64,000 nucleotides of DNA from Paraspadella gotoi (Eukaryota; Animalia; Chaetognatha), in NCBI GenBank assembly GCA_051294375.1, contig CM119265.1, forward strand, positions 3,397,844-3,461,843, read 5' to 3'. Positions within the stretch are counted from its first letter, which is position 1. Every line of letters begins with the position of its first letter. The notes beneath the pieces were generated by a model. The model had not been told where the DNA came from. It did not search any database and saw nothing but the letters and a program-made list of their open reading frames with translations. Both the position numbers and the translations under genes were made by a program. This document shows positions 63,426 to 64,000 of the stretch, piece after piece.

Positions 63426-63770
63426 CTATAAGAGCTTAGTAGGGTGGATGACGGAAAATATCACAGAGCCTCGCTATCAACCAGAACGACTACACTATAG
63501 ACTTAGTAGGGTGTATATGAAAATTTCACAGGGCCTCGCTATCGAGCCAGAACGACTACACTATAAGAGTTAGTAGGGTGGATGATGGAAAATTTCACAG
63601 GTCCTCGCTATCGAGCCAGAAAACGACTACCTATAAGAGCTTAGTAGGGTGGATGATGGAAATTTCACAGGTCCTCGCTATCGAGCCAGAACAACTACAC
63701 TAAAAGCTTAGTAGGGTTTTAGACTGAAGAACTATTACAGGGCCTCGCTATCGAGCCAGAACGACTATAG
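63426..63770. repeat. ~69-bp tandem minisatellite, about 5 copies, in a fucosyltransferase intron
   Basis: ctataagagcttagtagggtggatgatggaaatttcacaggtcctcgctatcgagccagaacgactaca repeated head to tail. Confidence 0.9.
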
Positions 63771-64000
63771 TGTGGTGGTGGGTGGGAATGTTTAGGTGGG
63801 AAGTGGTGAGCGTTGAGAATGGAGAATGGAATGAGTGGAAAGAGGGAATTGAATTGTAGATCGAAAAAAAAAACATAGATAAAGGGGAACAATAGGGTGT
63901 AGCCAATTTCAAAACTGAGAAAATTAATCCAAATAAATAAAATAAATAAATTTAAAAAAACTGAGAAATACTATTAATTTAAAAAAAATTAGTAAAAAAT

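Noticed and set aside
63426-63770. Regular ~69-bp array considered as a CRISPR-like locus
   Set aside because: Units are contiguous with no unique spacers, there are no cas genes, and the context is a eukaryotic intron; it is an ordinary minisatellite.

Overview
Eukaryotic (invertebrate-like) draft-assembly DNA with AT-rich introns, abundant (GA)n, (GAC)n and (TTTA)n microsatellites, many N gaps, and several indel-riddled duplicated blocks that look like uncorrected long-read gap fills or haplotype duplicates. Spliced genes reconstructed by hand: a Ser/Thr protein kinase (minus strand, continuing past the left edge), an atypical SLC6/NSS transporter (minus strand, one clean copy and one noisy copy), a 16-exon, ~790-aa secreted alpha-helical protein of unknown family (minus strand), and the 5' exons of a GT10 alpha-1,3-fucosyltransferase (plus strand, continuing past the right edge). 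A U1 snRNA gene lies at 44188-44349. Mobile DNA includes an ORF-intact Ty3/Gypsy element of the CsRn1/Kabuki type, a ~1 kb TTAA-flanked TIR element inside a kinase exon, DINE-1/HINE-like elements, tRNA-derived SINEs and a decayed LINE. No prokaryotic-type system such as CRISPR is present. The most interesting candidates are the toxin-like secreted protein, the SLC6 with altered substrate-site residues, and the TIR element that could be spliced out in frame as a new intron.
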